This document shows positions 28,147 to 42,364 of a stretch of 64,000 bases of DNA, one piece after another. This stretch comes from Octopus vulgaris (Eukaryota). Numbering within the stretch: the first letter of the stretch is position 1; each line of letters begins with the position of its first letter. The translations under genes were made by a program, and so were the position numbers. The stretch is from NCBI GenBank assembly GCA_951406725.2, contig OX597828.1:25110001-25174000 (forward strand), written 5' to 3'. The notes under the pieces were generated by a model. The model searched no databases. It was not told the origin of the DNA and saw only the letters and a list, made by a program, of their open reading frames with translations.

Positions 28147-28374
28147 CCGGAGTAAACACATAAATGTGAAACAAGGTGGAAAAAAGAGTACTCAAATACC
28201 AGTGGTAGAGTAATATGCTTTATTTTAAGCAGCAGAAAATTCAACAAAATCTGTTACTCTGAGTTTCTCGTTGCCGTTCATCAGACAGTTTTTGCTAGCA
28301 AAAACTGTCTGATGAACGGCAACGAGAAACTCAGAGTAACAGATTTTGTTGAATTTTCTGCAGCTTAAAATAAA

Positions 28375-28379
<5 letters not shown>
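28147..28379. mobile_element. Fold-back element with hammerhead-like motif on both strands
   Basis: Near-perfect palindrome 28214-28379 centred at 28296/28297; CTGT-CTGATGA-ACGGCAACGA-GAAA-CTCAGAG-TA-ACAG at 28305-28342. Confidence 0.7.
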
Positions 28380-28451
<72 letters not shown>

Positions 28452-28569
28452 CATACATGCATACAAATAGCATATAATATATACGCTTGTGTGTGTATAT
28501 ATATATATGAAGTCTGTGTGTTGTAGCGGGTGTGTATTGGGTGTGTAGTGGGTATATATCTATACTTAC

Positions 28570-28677
28570 CACGGCATCGTTGTAAAACGGTAAACCAGTG
28601 TTCCATCTGGTATGATGTCTTGCAAAAGAGAAACAACCAGACAGGAAGAATACAAAAAAGACAGCTAAATATCTCAT
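28570..28677 (-). CDS. PAL: First coding exon (signal peptide) of putative PAL gene: MRYLAVFFVFFLSGCFSFARHHTRWNTGLPFYNDAV
   Basis: ATG at 28677 (gcaATG); basic N-terminus, hydrophobic core and small-residue cleavage region; 108 nt ending at a canonical GTG|GTAAGT donor (phase 0) that matches the phase-0 acceptor at 3992; unique sequence amid repeats. Confidence 0.7.
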
Positions 28678-29689
28678 TGCGAGAGAAATAGTCAACAATT
28701 TGGCTTCAGTTATTTCACAGCAGCTCACAAGACGCGACGGCAGCACTGCACTTGAGCTGAAAGGCAAAGTGTAGTTGGAGCCGAGTGAGAGAGTGAGAGA
28801 GTGAGAGTACGACAGAGAGAGACTGTTGAGTGTTGCAGTGGCGCTGTGACGATTACTGCCTCTGCTTCTGTTTGTCTTCAAAGAGATATTGGAAGAAAAA
28901 ATCAACAGAATGAGACAGAGTAATAGGGAGTGAGTGAGTGAGTGAGTGAGAGAGAAAGAGAGACAGACAGGCGGGCAGATATAGAAATATAGGGAGAGAA
29001 AGAGAGAGAGAACGGTATAGAGATAGTGAGAGATATAGAGATACGGAGAATAAAATATGGCGAAAGTAGTAGATATACAAAGAGGAGTGTGCAAGTATCG
29101 GTAGAAGAAAAAAACAAACGATAAAGAATGATGAGAAGAGATTTTTTGTAAGAACAGCAGGTAAAAGACACCGGGGCGGGGGAGACAAGGGGGGAGAGAT
29201 GTGATAATAAACGAGAAAGGTGGGAAATTTTTTATTTATCAATTTTCTTTAATTATTATTACTGTTATTATTTTGCCAGTCATCATAAGAACAGGCAGAC
29301 GACAGAGAAGCAGGAACGGTAACAGACGATTTAATGGCTCGTTGACTGACTGATTGACAGTTACGCATCATTATGTTAAAAATCATTAGGATTTTATTAA
29401 TAATTAATAAATATCGAACATCAGTAATATATTATTACTATGACCGTTGCTGGGTTTTGTTGGGTTTTTTTTTTGGTTTTTTTTATAATCGTTGTGTATT
29501 GTAGCTGCTGCTGCTGCTGCTACTACTTGTATTCCATATTCATAACATTATTAACAATTATAATTTATGCGACGTCGCTTTTGTTACCATATTGTCGCAT
29601 GGAGCTTGTGTGTGTGTTTTCTTGCAATTGTGACAAATAATAATAAATAAGATATTAATAGCAATAACGAAAATATTAATAACGATGAT

Positions 29690-29720
29690 TACGATGACGA
29701 TGATGATAATGATGATAATG

Positions 29721-29796
<76 letters not shown>

Positions 29797-29844
29797 GGAT
29801 AATAATAATAATAATTGATAATGATACATTCAACTAAAGACAAG

Positions 29845-29909
<65 letters not shown>

Positions 29910-30065
29910 GGTGGTGGTGGTGGCGGCGGTGGTGGTGGTGGTGGTGGTGGTGGTGGTGGTGGTGGTGGTGGTGGTGGTGGTGGTGGTGGTAGTAGTAGTG
30001 GTGGTGGCAGTAGTAGTAGTAGTAGTGATTGTGCCAGGAGCAGTAGTAGTTGCAGTAGTAGCAGT
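29690..30065. repeat. (AAT)n, (GTA)n and (GTG)n microsatellites
   Basis: Direct reading. Confidence 0.9.
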
Positions 30066-30173
30066 AAAAGCGGCATGTCAGTTTACTATTAGCTTTCCTA
30101 TCATTCTTACTTTCGCTCTCTCCCTCGCGTACAGATATGTATATACATATATTACTATATAACAGCTACTATA

Positions 30174-30226
<53 letters not shown>

Positions 30227-30381
30227 GTGCGCATTTATGCATTTTTATGCGTGGGGGTAGGGCTGGTTCGTTTATGTTTCCAGCTGCATGCAACTGCACA
30301 TAACACCTTTGCGCATGCATTTAATAACTGCAACCGACGTTGTTTTCGTGCACACACTTACCAACAGATAGACTCCAACTT

Positions 30382-30462
<81 letters not shown>

Positions 30463-30464
30463 GC

Positions 30465-30515
<51 letters not shown>

Positions 30516-30517
<2 letters not shown>

Positions 30518-30689
30518 TGTCGCTGTGTGGTAAGAATATTGCTTCCCAACCACATGGGTTTGGGTTCAGTCCCACCGCGTGGCACCTCGTCTATGTGTTT
30601 CTACTTTAGCCTCGGGCCGACCAAAGCCTTATGAGGAGATTTGATAGACAGAAAGTGAAAGAAGCAGGTCGTGTATATATATATATATA

Positions 30690-30745
<56 letters not shown>

Positions 30746-31045
30746 GGTGCGTGTGGGAGTGTGTGTGGGAGTGTGTCAGTGTATGTGTGTGTGTCAGTGT
30801 GTTTGTGTGTCTGTGCATATTTGTTATTTGTGTCTGTTTGTCCCCCCCCCCCCCACCAACAGCGCTTGACAACTGATGTTAGTGTGTTTACGTCCCCATA
30901 ACTTAACGTTTCGGCAAGAGCGACCGATAAAATAAGTACTAGGCTTACTAAGAATAAGTCCTGGGGATGATTTGTTCGACTTAAGGCGGTACTCCAGCAT
31001 GGCGTCAGTCAAAATGACTGAAACAAGTAAAAGAATAAAAGAATA
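30516..31045 (+). mobile_element. SINE family A with expanded (TG)n
   Basis: Head, core and tail present. Confidence 0.85.
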
Positions 31046-31066
31046 TAGATACATATATACATATAT

Positions 31067-31097
<31 letters not shown>

Positions 31098-31555
31098 TAT
31101 AACTATATATATATATATATATATACATATATATAACTATACATGTATATAAATATACATACATATATATATATATATATATAATAATATATATATATAC
31201 ATATATATACATATATATATATACATATATACATATATATATATATATAACTATATGTATATATCTAACTATATATATACATATATATATAACTATGTTT
31301 ATATATATAGTCATATATATATGTATATATATATATGACTATATATATATATACATGCATATATATATAACTATATATATATATACATACATATATATAT
31401 AACTATATGTATATATACATACATATATATATATATATAACTATATATATATATATGTGTGTGTGTGTATGTATATATACATACATACATACATATATAT
31501 ACATTTATATTTATTATATCGAAGGAGATAACAAAGCCAAGGCTTTAAGGAATTA

Positions 31556-31677
<122 letters not shown>

Positions 31678-31838
31678 CATACATCGATATATATATATAC
31701 ACACATACATACTTGTCTATACTTATATATATTTATATTGTCTCATATCTACATGCATACATACATACATACATACATACATACATACATACATACATAC
31801 ATGTACGTACATGCGGCACGCACAAACACGCACATTGA

Positions 31839-31881
<43 letters not shown>

Positions 31882-31991
31882 CTGTGCTTTCAGCTGTCGC
31901 AGTCAAGATTGCAATATCAATTTTCTCACAGTCAATTACACTTTCTTAATTGCCCTAAGTACAAACGCGCACATCTTCACACGCACACACA

Positions 31992-32046
<55 letters not shown>

Positions 32047-32525
32047 GCACGCACGCACGCACGCACGCCCACGTACATGCATATTCAACCAGAAATATGC
32101 ACATGACCTCACCTCACACGCAAGAATATGCATAGAAACGTTAGTCAGACCTTCTTGCACGAAAGTATATAGATACATTTTGTTGAAATACGCGCCCGCG
32201 CGCACACACATAGACTTATATACACACAACCACGCACACCTATATACACACAAAACCAGAGGTGAGGTTATTTCCTGTTGCTACCCCATGTTTTGCAATT
32301 CCTCGCTTACCCTGCAATTCTTTCACTATATAAATTTGTGTGAGTGAGTGAGTGGTAGTGAGTGTGCGTGTCCGTGTGCACGTGTGTGCGTGTGTGCGTG
32401 TGCACGTGTGTGCGTGTGCACGTGTGTGCGTGTGTGTGTGCGTGTGCACGTGTGTGCGTGTGCACGTGTGTGCGCGTGTATGTGTATACACATATTTATG
32501 TAAATATATGTATAAGTATATAGAG

Positions 32526-32581
<56 letters not shown>

Positions 32582-32598
32582 GGATGGATGGATGGATG

Positions 32599-32682
<84 letters not shown>

Positions 32683-32888
32683 CACTCACACACACACACA
32701 CATATATAAACGTAAATGTAGATATATGTGTGTATACATATGTTCGAATAAATACTCTTTCTCTCTCCCCCTCTTTCTCTCATACTCTTTCTCTCTCTCC
32801 CCTCTCTCTCTCTCTCGTAATCTTTCTCTCTCCCCCTCTCTCTCTCGTACTCTTTCTCTCTCCCCCCTCTCTCTCTCATGCTCTTTCT

Positions 32889-33150
32889 CTCTGCCAATAC
32901 CTGTATATTGGTCAAACTGGTTGCACTTAGCTGACCGATTTGCCAAACCTCTGGAACATTAGACTTGGCAATGACATACCGATCTCGCGCCACTTCTGTT
33001 CGACTAGTCATTCGCTACAACAACATTTGTCTGTGTTCGGGATACAGGGACCACTCGGATTCCCGCCTCCGTCGAGAGCAGGACTTTATCTTCTGTCTTT
33101 ATTCCTCAGTCCCGCATGGTCTCAATTTATCATTTTCTGCTTCGTCTAAA
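32889..33150 (+). mobile_element. Penelope-like element GIY-YIG (Uri) endonuclease relic
   Basis: Frameshifted translation LCQYLYIGQTG..LADRF..IRLGNDIPISRHF..SHS..R.RREQDFIFCL...VPHGLN, the typical Penelope Uri-domain C-terminus. Confidence 0.8.
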
Positions 33151-33437
33151 CCCATTTCCACACGCATTTACACACACCACTCACCTTCCGCTACCCCTCT
33201 TCTTGCACACTTCACATGCCCCTACACCGTTATACTCAATACACATACCATTGTGCCCTTTCAGTATATACACACACCTACACACACCTACACATACACT
33301 ATACACACACTCCTTACCATTCTGCGTACACTAGCACCAAACACCTCCGAACCCCTACCTTCTGTTACCCCTATTCCACCGCGCACCTCCATCGTGGTCG
33401 ACCAATATACATCTCCCGCAACACACATATACATCAG

Positions 33438-33471
<34 letters not shown>

Positions 33472-33834
33472 GATAGTCTCACACACACGTGATAGCCTCA
33501 CACACAAACACGTTATACAGCCTCACATACTATTACGCATATACACACGTCCATATGTATGCGCACATAAATACACAGAGTACGCACGCACACATCGCTC
33601 CATACACACGCACATACTTGCTTACTCACACACACACATACAGGCATACGCATGCAGACTCCCATACATACGCATACACATACTCACTCACATAATCTTC
33701 ATACTCATGTACATATATTGCCCCACACACACATTCCTACGCACACACCCTTTAACCCGGTTAAAGTTGTCTCCCTTGTCGCTTTTGTCTCCAACAATAT
33801 GTCAATTCGGCATATTCTTTTATGGATTTGTTCG

Positions 33835-34270
33835 TATCACTCATTTGACTGCGGCCATGCTGGAGCACCGCCTTAAGGGATCTTAGCCGAAACATATCAA
33901 CCCCAGGACTTATTGTTCAAGCCTAGTATTTATTTTATCGGTCTCTTTTGCCGAACCGCTAGTTTACGGAGAAGTAGGCACACAAATGCTGGTTCATAAG
34001 CGGTGGGGGAGGGAGAAACAAACACAGACAAAAAGACACACACACATAGGCACATACATATATATATATACACACTCACACACATATAAATATATATATA
34101 TATATACGACGGGCTTCTTTCACTTTCCGTCTACCAAGTCCACTCACAAGGCTTTGATCGGCCCGTAGCAATTGTAGAATCCACTTGCCCAAAGCGTCAC
34201 GCAGTGTGATTGAACTTGGAACCATGTGGTTGGGAAGCAAGCTTCTTAACATACAGCCTCGCCTCTGCAA
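33835..34270 (-). mobile_element. SINE family A
   Basis: Full-length diverged copy. Confidence 0.85.
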
Positions 34271-34781
34271 CTGTTAATCCAAACACATTTTTTCTCATCG
34301 TTTTTTCTTCTCCTTTCTCCATCTTTTTTTCCTCTCTTATTCTTTTCTATAGAGGATCATATGCTCGAAACGTCAAATACTTTTCCATTTATCCTGAGCG
34401 TCAAACTAATACATTTTGTTTTTTGTTGCCTCACCTGTCTCTGTCTCTTGTTTTATATGTTTTGTTTCGTTTTGTTTTTATACAATTTTGAACCATATAT
34501 AAATGAGGGGCAGAATCTCATAGTGGTCACTCAACCGACTAGAAATAGCAACCAAATCTCTCTAATCATAACGTACCATCTTAAATAATGGAAGGACTCG
34601 TTAAATAAATATCTAATCTTATATGTACATTATGTCTGAATAAAAAGCATAGATTCCTTTTAAGTATAAGCCTGTTCTATCAAGACCAAGAAGGGGTTAA
34701 ATAACATGAAGGTAGTAAATAAATTATTCACTGTAATGGGTTCTATTTATTTCCGCCTTGTAAACCCTGTGTGTGTGTGTG

Positions 34782-34878
<97 letters not shown>

Positions 34879-35237
34879 TGTCGTTCTAGTCGTTGTTGTC
34901 GTCGCCGTCTTTATAATCATCTACTTTGTCATCACTGTGGCCATCGCAGCAACTATCGCTGCCACCAACATCGTCATCGTTGCTGTTAACATCGTCATCA
35001 CCATCACGTCGTCGCAGCCGCCATCATCGTCGTCGCCGCCGAATCCAAATCCTCCCAAGATCAACTGTGCTCTTTATCTCTCAAGGTCGATAAAATATAA
35101 CACCTGCCAAGTAACGGACGCAATGGTATCGACAAACTCCTTTCCTAAAATTAGATTACCTTGGGACAAAATCAGAAACCATTTTGTAAGTAATGAATAA
35201 GGTTTATTTTACATGCATAAATTGCATATGGTTTTAC

Positions 35238-35255
35238 ATACATACATACATACAT

Positions 35256-35298
<43 letters not shown>

Positions 35299-35333
35299 GG
35301 CAGGCAGGCAGACAGACAGACAGACAGACAGAC

Positions 35334-35383
<50 letters not shown>

Positions 35384-35413
35384 TTAGATAGATAGACAGA
35401 CAGACAAACAGAC

Positions 35414-35511
<98 letters not shown>

Positions 35512-35698
35512 GTAGGTAGATAGGTAGGTAGGTAGGTAGGTAGGAAAGTAGGTAGGTAGGTTAGTAGATAGGTAGGTAGGTAGGTAGGAAGGTAGGTAGG
35601 AAGGTAGGTAGGTAGGTACGTAAGTAGGTAGGTAGGTAGGTAGGTAGGTAGGTAGGTAGGTAGGTAGGTAGGTAGGTAGGTAGGTAGGTAGGTAGGTA
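35238..35698. repeat. Compound tetranucleotide array TACA-GACA-GGCA-GATA-GGTA
   Basis: Direct reading. Confidence 0.95.
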
Positions 35699-35954
35699 TT
35701 AAAAAGCCAGCAACAAAAATAGATAATTTTTACGACTGGAACCTTCGGTCATAAGTGTATGGCATCAAGGTTGACCGGAATCTTAAAAACAACGACAATA
35801 ACAATATGAAGATAGTTTCTACATTGGTGACCCCGTACGGATCCAATACAATGAGATAATGAGACAACCAAATCATTTCATTCTGACAAATCTTTGCCAA
35901 GTTCGATTATATACACAGACATGGTCGATTCAGCAAAAGTATACTGTTGACAAT

Positions 35955-36342
35955 GTGGAGGCGCAATGGCCCAGTGGTTAGGGCAGCGGACTCGCGGTCA
36001 TAGGATCGCGGTTTCGATTCCCAGACCGGGCGTTGTGAGTGTTTATTGAGCGAAAACACCTAAAAGCTCCACGAGGCTCCGGCAGGGGATGGTGGTGATC
36101 CCTGCTGTACTCTTTCACCACAACTTTCTCTCACTCTTACTTCCTGTTTCTGTTGTACCTGTATTTCAAGGGGCCGGCCTTGTCACTCTCTGTGTCACGC
36201 TGAATATCCCCGAGAACTACGTTAAGGGTGCACGTGTCTGTGGAGTGTTCAGCCACTTACACGTTAATTTCACGAGCAGGCTGTTCCGTTGATTCGGATC
36301 AACCGGAACCCTCATCGTCGTAACCGACGGAGTGCTTCCACC
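35955..36342 (+). mobile_element. tRNA-derived SINE family C (possibly Octopus OR-type), intact
   Basis: A-box TGGCCCAGTGG, B-box GGTTTCGATTCC; 12 bp TSD ACTGTTGACAAT (35943-35954/36343-36354). Confidence 0.9.
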
Positions 36343-36683
36343 ACTGTTGACAATACACCGGCATTTTGACACGTCTTAAACACGCATTAGAATGGTACCT
36401 GCCATAAAAAATTAAGCTGCCCTCTCAAAAATACGTCCGTACCAGACTGCAATATGATATAATGAAAGCATGAAATATGAGTTCCCTTTATTGCCATTTA
36501 AAAACTATTTCCCAAACTAATCAAACATTAACAAATGAAATCATAAAACTAGAAGTTTACGCAATTTTTATTTGGAACAAAGAAACAAGAACAGTATCGT
36601 AAAAAAAAGCAAACAACTACGGCTACAAATAACACTGTTGTAAGAGTAACTCAACTAACCAAACGAGTTGCAATATTATTTAA

Positions 36684-36789
36684 GTTGTGTGGTAAGTATA
36701 TTGCTTACCGACCACATGGTTCCGGGTTTAGTCCCACTGCGTGACACCTTGGACAAGTGTCTTCTTCTATAGCCTCGGGTCGACCAAAG
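36684..36789 (+). mobile_element. SINE family A head running into the assembly gap
   Basis: Head and core motifs. Confidence 0.8.
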
Positions 36790-36889
36790 NNNNNNNNNNN
36801 NNNNNNNNNNNNNNNNNNNNNNNNNNNNNNNNNNNNNNNNNNNNNNNNNNNNNNNNNNNNNNNNNNNNNNNNNNNNNNNNNNNNNNNNN
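36790..36889. other. Assembly gap (100 N; true size probably unknown)
   Basis: Run of exactly 100 N. Confidence 0.98.
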
Positions 36890-37301
36890 AACACCAGCAA
36901 GGTCATGTGCTAAAGAAACATACATACACACACATATATACACATATATATATATATATTATACATACATATATATATATATATATATATGCATGTATGT
37001 ATATGTGTGTGTATATATGCAGATGAGGGCAAGACGCAGTGGTGAGAGAGAAGCAAGAAAAAAGCCACCACCACCACTATCAACCAACCAAACCGACTAC
37101 CACCACAAACGTTTCATTCACACCACATACTACAAAATAAATAATATAAACCAACCATTTAGCAAACAAGGCCCATTATTTATTTATCATCATTAAAAGT
37201 CATTATTACGGCTTTTTTCTTTTAATATACTTTATTTTTGGTTCGTTGGTGGGGAGGTTTGGTTTCTCTCTCACTTATACTCAATTTACCTCATCTCTAA
37301 C

Positions 37302-37333
<32 letters not shown>

Positions 37334-38060
37334 TTAACAATTAAGGATAACTTCTTAATAAGGAATCTTAACAAGAAATTATCAGGTAGATAAGCGTGAA
37401 AAAACCTCATAAGAGAAAAAAATTCGAAAATAATTTTTTTCCTTTGAACATATTAATTTATATAGTGTGAGGCATTTATCTGTAATAATGCCCTCTATAT
37501 AATATATATTTATTATATATATATATATATTCCGCAAAGTACATGTCATCTATATCTGTGTTTACATACATACATACATACATATATATATATATTATAG
37601 ATACAACGTACTTTAACGACGGAGGGAATACATATTATCCGTCTCCTTTAGAAATGCGGCCGCATGGCCTCGTCAAATTAACATCACACACAGCACACAC
37701 TATGTGTATATATATATATATAAATAAAAAAAACAAATATATATATATATATATTATATATGCTTATGGTTCATTCTTTCAAGATTCATTTCGTGTCATT
37801 ATCTCTTCTAAATCTTCCATGTATCATATATACATAGACACATAAATCTCATCTTTCATCACTATTTTTTTGACATTGACAGACATTTTTTTTTCTTTCC
37901 GTTTCATAGTTTTATTATTTCATTTCTTGTTTCTCTCTCTCTCTCTCTATGCATATATATATATATAAGTAATACTAAGTAATTAAGGGTTTAGCAACGA
38001 TTTGCCTCACCACACACCGAGTTTAGAAATAGCAGTCAAAGAGTTATGGCTATTTTATTT

Positions 38061-38098
<38 letters not shown>

Positions 38099-38213
38099 TA
38101 CATTTTTTGTGTGGTACAGGTATGGATGGTGATGCAAAACACAGGAAAAAATAGAACTCGGCTATGAGTTATATATGTACATTTCTTTCTTTTTTATTAA
38201 TATTTAGTAACAG

Positions 38214-38259
38214 AGTGACTCAGGGTCCTGGAGTTTCGTGCGTTGGCACTTATCAGACT
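38214..38259 (-). ncRNA. Type I hammerhead ribozyme-like motif (one core substitution)
   Basis: AGT-CTGATAA-GTGC caac GCAC-GAAA-CTC(C)AGG ac CCTGAG-TC-ACT. Confidence 0.6.
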
Positions 38260-38317
38260 AGTTTGATCAACCTGACCAAATCCAAGATTGGTCAGGCGTG
38301 CATATGTATACATACAT

Positions 38318-38386
<69 letters not shown>

Positions 38387-38871
38387 ATTGGATACTAAAT
38401 TAATAAAGGTGAGAGAATTGGATACTAATTTAATAGTGGTTGAAACCTATTGGATCTATTTCTAGTGCAAGAGTGAGCCACATAGTGACCACTCTCTTAT
38501 ATATATATATATATATATATATATAATGTGTATATATATATGTGTGTGTGTATGTATGTATGTATATAGTGTACGAACTTTTATTGCCGCCTTAGTCTTA
38601 TCAAACCACCCCAATACAACCCAGGGAAGCCTTTTCGTGGTCGCTCGAGCTACTAAAAATAGCACCTAAATCTTGTGGAAAAGAAGGAAGGCCACATTGG
38701 ATATATATATAAAGTCCATGGTACAGATACACAAAGCTCGGAAAGAAAATTTAATAACAAAATAAAACAGCATGATCATGTTTGGAATGCTTTTGATTTG
38801 TCGTCTCCAGAATATATTTGGGGCTGTTCTTCCCTTAACAGTATGTGTGTGTATGTATGTATATATATATG

Positions 38872-38929
<58 letters not shown>

Positions 38930-38991
38930 GGCGATCGAAAGATTGCCATATATACATACATATATGTGTGTGTGTATGTAGAAAGAGAGAT

Positions 38992-39421
38992 AGAGGCATT
39001 ACTACACAACTGCTCACTAACCCCTGAATTTGTTTCCTCATAACTTTCTGAAAAATGGATATTTTTAAATGAAATCTTCAACAAATATGTCTCAGATTGT
39101 GTAAATTACAATTGCATCGGAATTTGTTGAGAATTTTTTTTTTTTTTGGAAGCGAGCGTGGCTGAGAGGTGTTTCGAATATTCCACATTTCGACTTTGTG
39201 TGTCCCCATATGTTTTAATGGAGATTACGATTATGCTGAACCCCACCCCCAATTTTTGATGTCTGTTCCTCATTTTTTTGTTATTTTCACATTAAATTCC
39301 TGTATAATCGTAATTTACACTATTGAAATGTATTTATAGTAAATTTCATTTAGAAACATTCATTTTTCAGAAAGTTACTAAGAAACAAAGTTGAGGGGCC
39401 CATTTCTGTAGTTATGCTTTG
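38992..39421. mobile_element. Degenerate MITE / fold-back DNA element
   Basis: Left arm TTTGTTTC.TCATAACTTTCTGAAAAATG..GTGTAAATTAC mirrored by GTAATTTACAC..CATTTTTCAGAAAGTTAC..GAAACAAA. Confidence 0.65.
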
Positions 39422-40179
39422 TATGTATATTTGATTTGATAGCCCTTACTTTCCTGTAAAATAGTTCAACTCCCAAACATTTTAAACACGTGAAATGATC
39501 GGAATTTGTGGCTTATACACGATTTAAACTCGGAGGAACTAACCATGGTGGGGATGCTTGAGTAATTTAGAAATAGCAGTTTATATATTGCTAAAATGAT
39601 GCACTAGTATCTTCAAATAGAAGGAATGGTTCGGATAATGTAGTCCTAGATACCGGAAAATAAAAACGAGATGGCCATGGCGGGAAGGTTATTATAAACA
39701 TTTAATGACGAGCTAACGATAGATCTTCAACCCGGTATAAATAACAGATGAAAGTGCCCCCAAATCACACCCAGCTGTCTTTTAAAAGGAAGGCTATTGG
39801 ACAGTTGTACAAAAGGATAACACACGGTCACAACAGGAACGCTTTTGATCAATTATTTGTTCAGCCCAGGCTTGGTCTAAAGTAAACTAAAACGCAGAAA
39901 AGGGCGCATTTGCCGGACTAACCGACGGCACAGAACACCCAGAAGATATTTCTGATAGAATCTTCAAACTAGTTAATCTTTCGTGACGCTTTTCGACATT
40001 TACTGCTTCTCTACTTTATAAGGCTATATATATATATTATAAAATATATAAATACATATATACATACACAAATATGTATATATATATATATATATATATG
40101 TAAATATGATATATATGTATATATATATATATGTGTGTGTGTGTATATATTTGTATGTATATTTGTGTATATATATATG

Positions 40180-40214
<35 letters not shown>

Positions 40215-40295
40215 GTATATATATATACATCTATATATATATATGTATATATATATGTATATATATATATACATCTATATATATATATGTATATA

Positions 40296-40345
<50 letters not shown>

Positions 40346-40369
40346 TATATACATCTATATATGTATATA

Positions 40370-40414
<45 letters not shown>

Positions 40415-40803
40415 CTATATATGTATATATATATGCATATATGTATATATATATATATACACATCTATATATGTATATATATATGCATATATATATATAT
40501 ACATCTATATATGTATATATATATGCATATATGTATATATATATATGTATATATATATATGCATATATGTATATATATATATGTATATATATGCATATAT
40601 GTATATATATGCATATATGTATATATATATATGTATATATATATGCATATATACATATATGTATATATATATACATATATATCTATATATACATATATAT
40701 ATGTGTATATACATGTATATATATACGTACATGTATATGTATATATATATACATGTACATATATATGTATATGTATGTATATATACATGTATAAGTATAT
40801 ATA

Positions 40804-40847
40804 TATATCTGAAGAATCCACTAGAGTGGATGCAAGCGCTAATATAG
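40804..40847 (+). ncRNA. Minimal type I hammerhead-like motif (GAAA changed to GCAA)
   Basis: TATAT-CTGAAGA-ATCCAC taga GTGGAT-GCAA-GCGC-TA-ATATA. Confidence 0.55.
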
Positions 40848-40928
40848 GATTTATAAAAACATGTGACATATGAATAAAAATTTGTAAATATAACACCATC
40901 CAGATTTCTGAGTACCTTATTTCTTATA

Positions 40929-41013
<85 letters not shown>

Positions 41014-41041
41014 CGTATATGTGTTTTTTTTTTATATATAT

Positions 41042-41095
<54 letters not shown>

Positions 41096-41362
41096 GTTGT
41101 GTATATATATATATATATATATATAAATATATATACGTATATGTGTATATATATATAAATATATATACACACGTTTATATGTGTATATATATACGTATAT
41201 GTGTATATATAAATATATATACACACGTTTATATGTGTATATATATACGTATATGTGTATATATAAATATATATACACACGTTTATATATATATATATAT
41301 ATATATATAGATATACGCATATATATGTGTGTATATATATATGTTTATATGTATTTATATGT

Positions 41363-41605
41363 ACGTGCCACCGGCACATAAAAAGCACCATCCGATCTTG
41401 GCCGTTTGCCAGCCTCGTCTGGCACCTGTGCTGGTGGCACGTAAAAAGCACCCACTACACTCACGGAGTGGTTGGCGTTAGGAAGGGCATCCAGCCGTAG
41501 AAACATTGCCAGATCAGACTGGGACTGTGTAGCCTTCTGGCTTCCCAGACCCCAGTTGAACCGTCCAACCCATGCTAGCATGGAAAGCGGATGCTAAATG
41601 ATGAT
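41363..41605 (+). mobile_element. Repeat family F (RTE-related non-autonomous element, GGAAGGGCATCCAGC motif, (TGA)n tail)
   Basis: Copies at 42548, 57529, 58003 and 63884; internal GTGCCACCGGCAC hairpin units. Confidence 0.75.
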
Positions 41606-41622
41606 ATATTTATATACATGTG

Positions 41623-41655
<33 letters not shown>

Positions 41656-41762
41656 ATATATATATGTATGTATATATACATGTATGTATAAATATGTATG
41701 TATATATACATGTATGTGTATATATATATATGCATATATGTATGTGTATATACATGTATGTG

Positions 41763-41793
<31 letters not shown>

Positions 41794-41895
41794 GTATATA
41801 CATGTATGTGTATATATATACATATATATATATACATGTATGTATACACATGTATATATACATATATGTATATATACATATACACATGTATATAT

Positions 41896-41932
<37 letters not shown>

Positions 41933-42364
41933 AATATTTACATATATCTATATATATATATATTTACATATATCTATATATATATATATATATAAATACA
42001 TATGTATATATATATATATACATCTATATATATATTTATGTCTATATATGTATATATATACATGCATATATGTGTATATACATGTATATTTGTGCACATA
42101 TGTATATACATACCTGTATATGTGTACATATGTATATATATGTACATGTATATATATTTATTTGTATATGAATGTATATATATATTTGTATATACATGTG
42201 TATATGTTTATATGTATATATATATGCGAGCGTGAGTCATCTAAGAAACCATGTCAGGTTAATAATATATATATATACACACACACACATACCCACAGAG
42301 ATTGGCGCCATTGGAGTCTGTGGCCTGCACAGAAACAGTGTGTCGTGTCTTTATACCTCATCTT

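Larger units (their letters stand above)
40070..42225. repeat. Long degenerate (TA)n/(TATG)n low-complexity tract with embedded insertions
   Basis: Direct reading. Confidence 0.9.

Noticed and set aside
28225-29094. 289 aa ORF
   Set aside because: Only 28677-28570 is plausible coding sequence; the rest is UTR, microsatellite or intron
35958-36030. tRNA gene
   Set aside because: No complete cloverleaf or terminator; continues into a SINE body and is flanked by TSDs
36790-36889. Contiguity or regulatory linkage across this point
   Set aside because: 100-N placeholder gap; distance and orientation across it are uncertain
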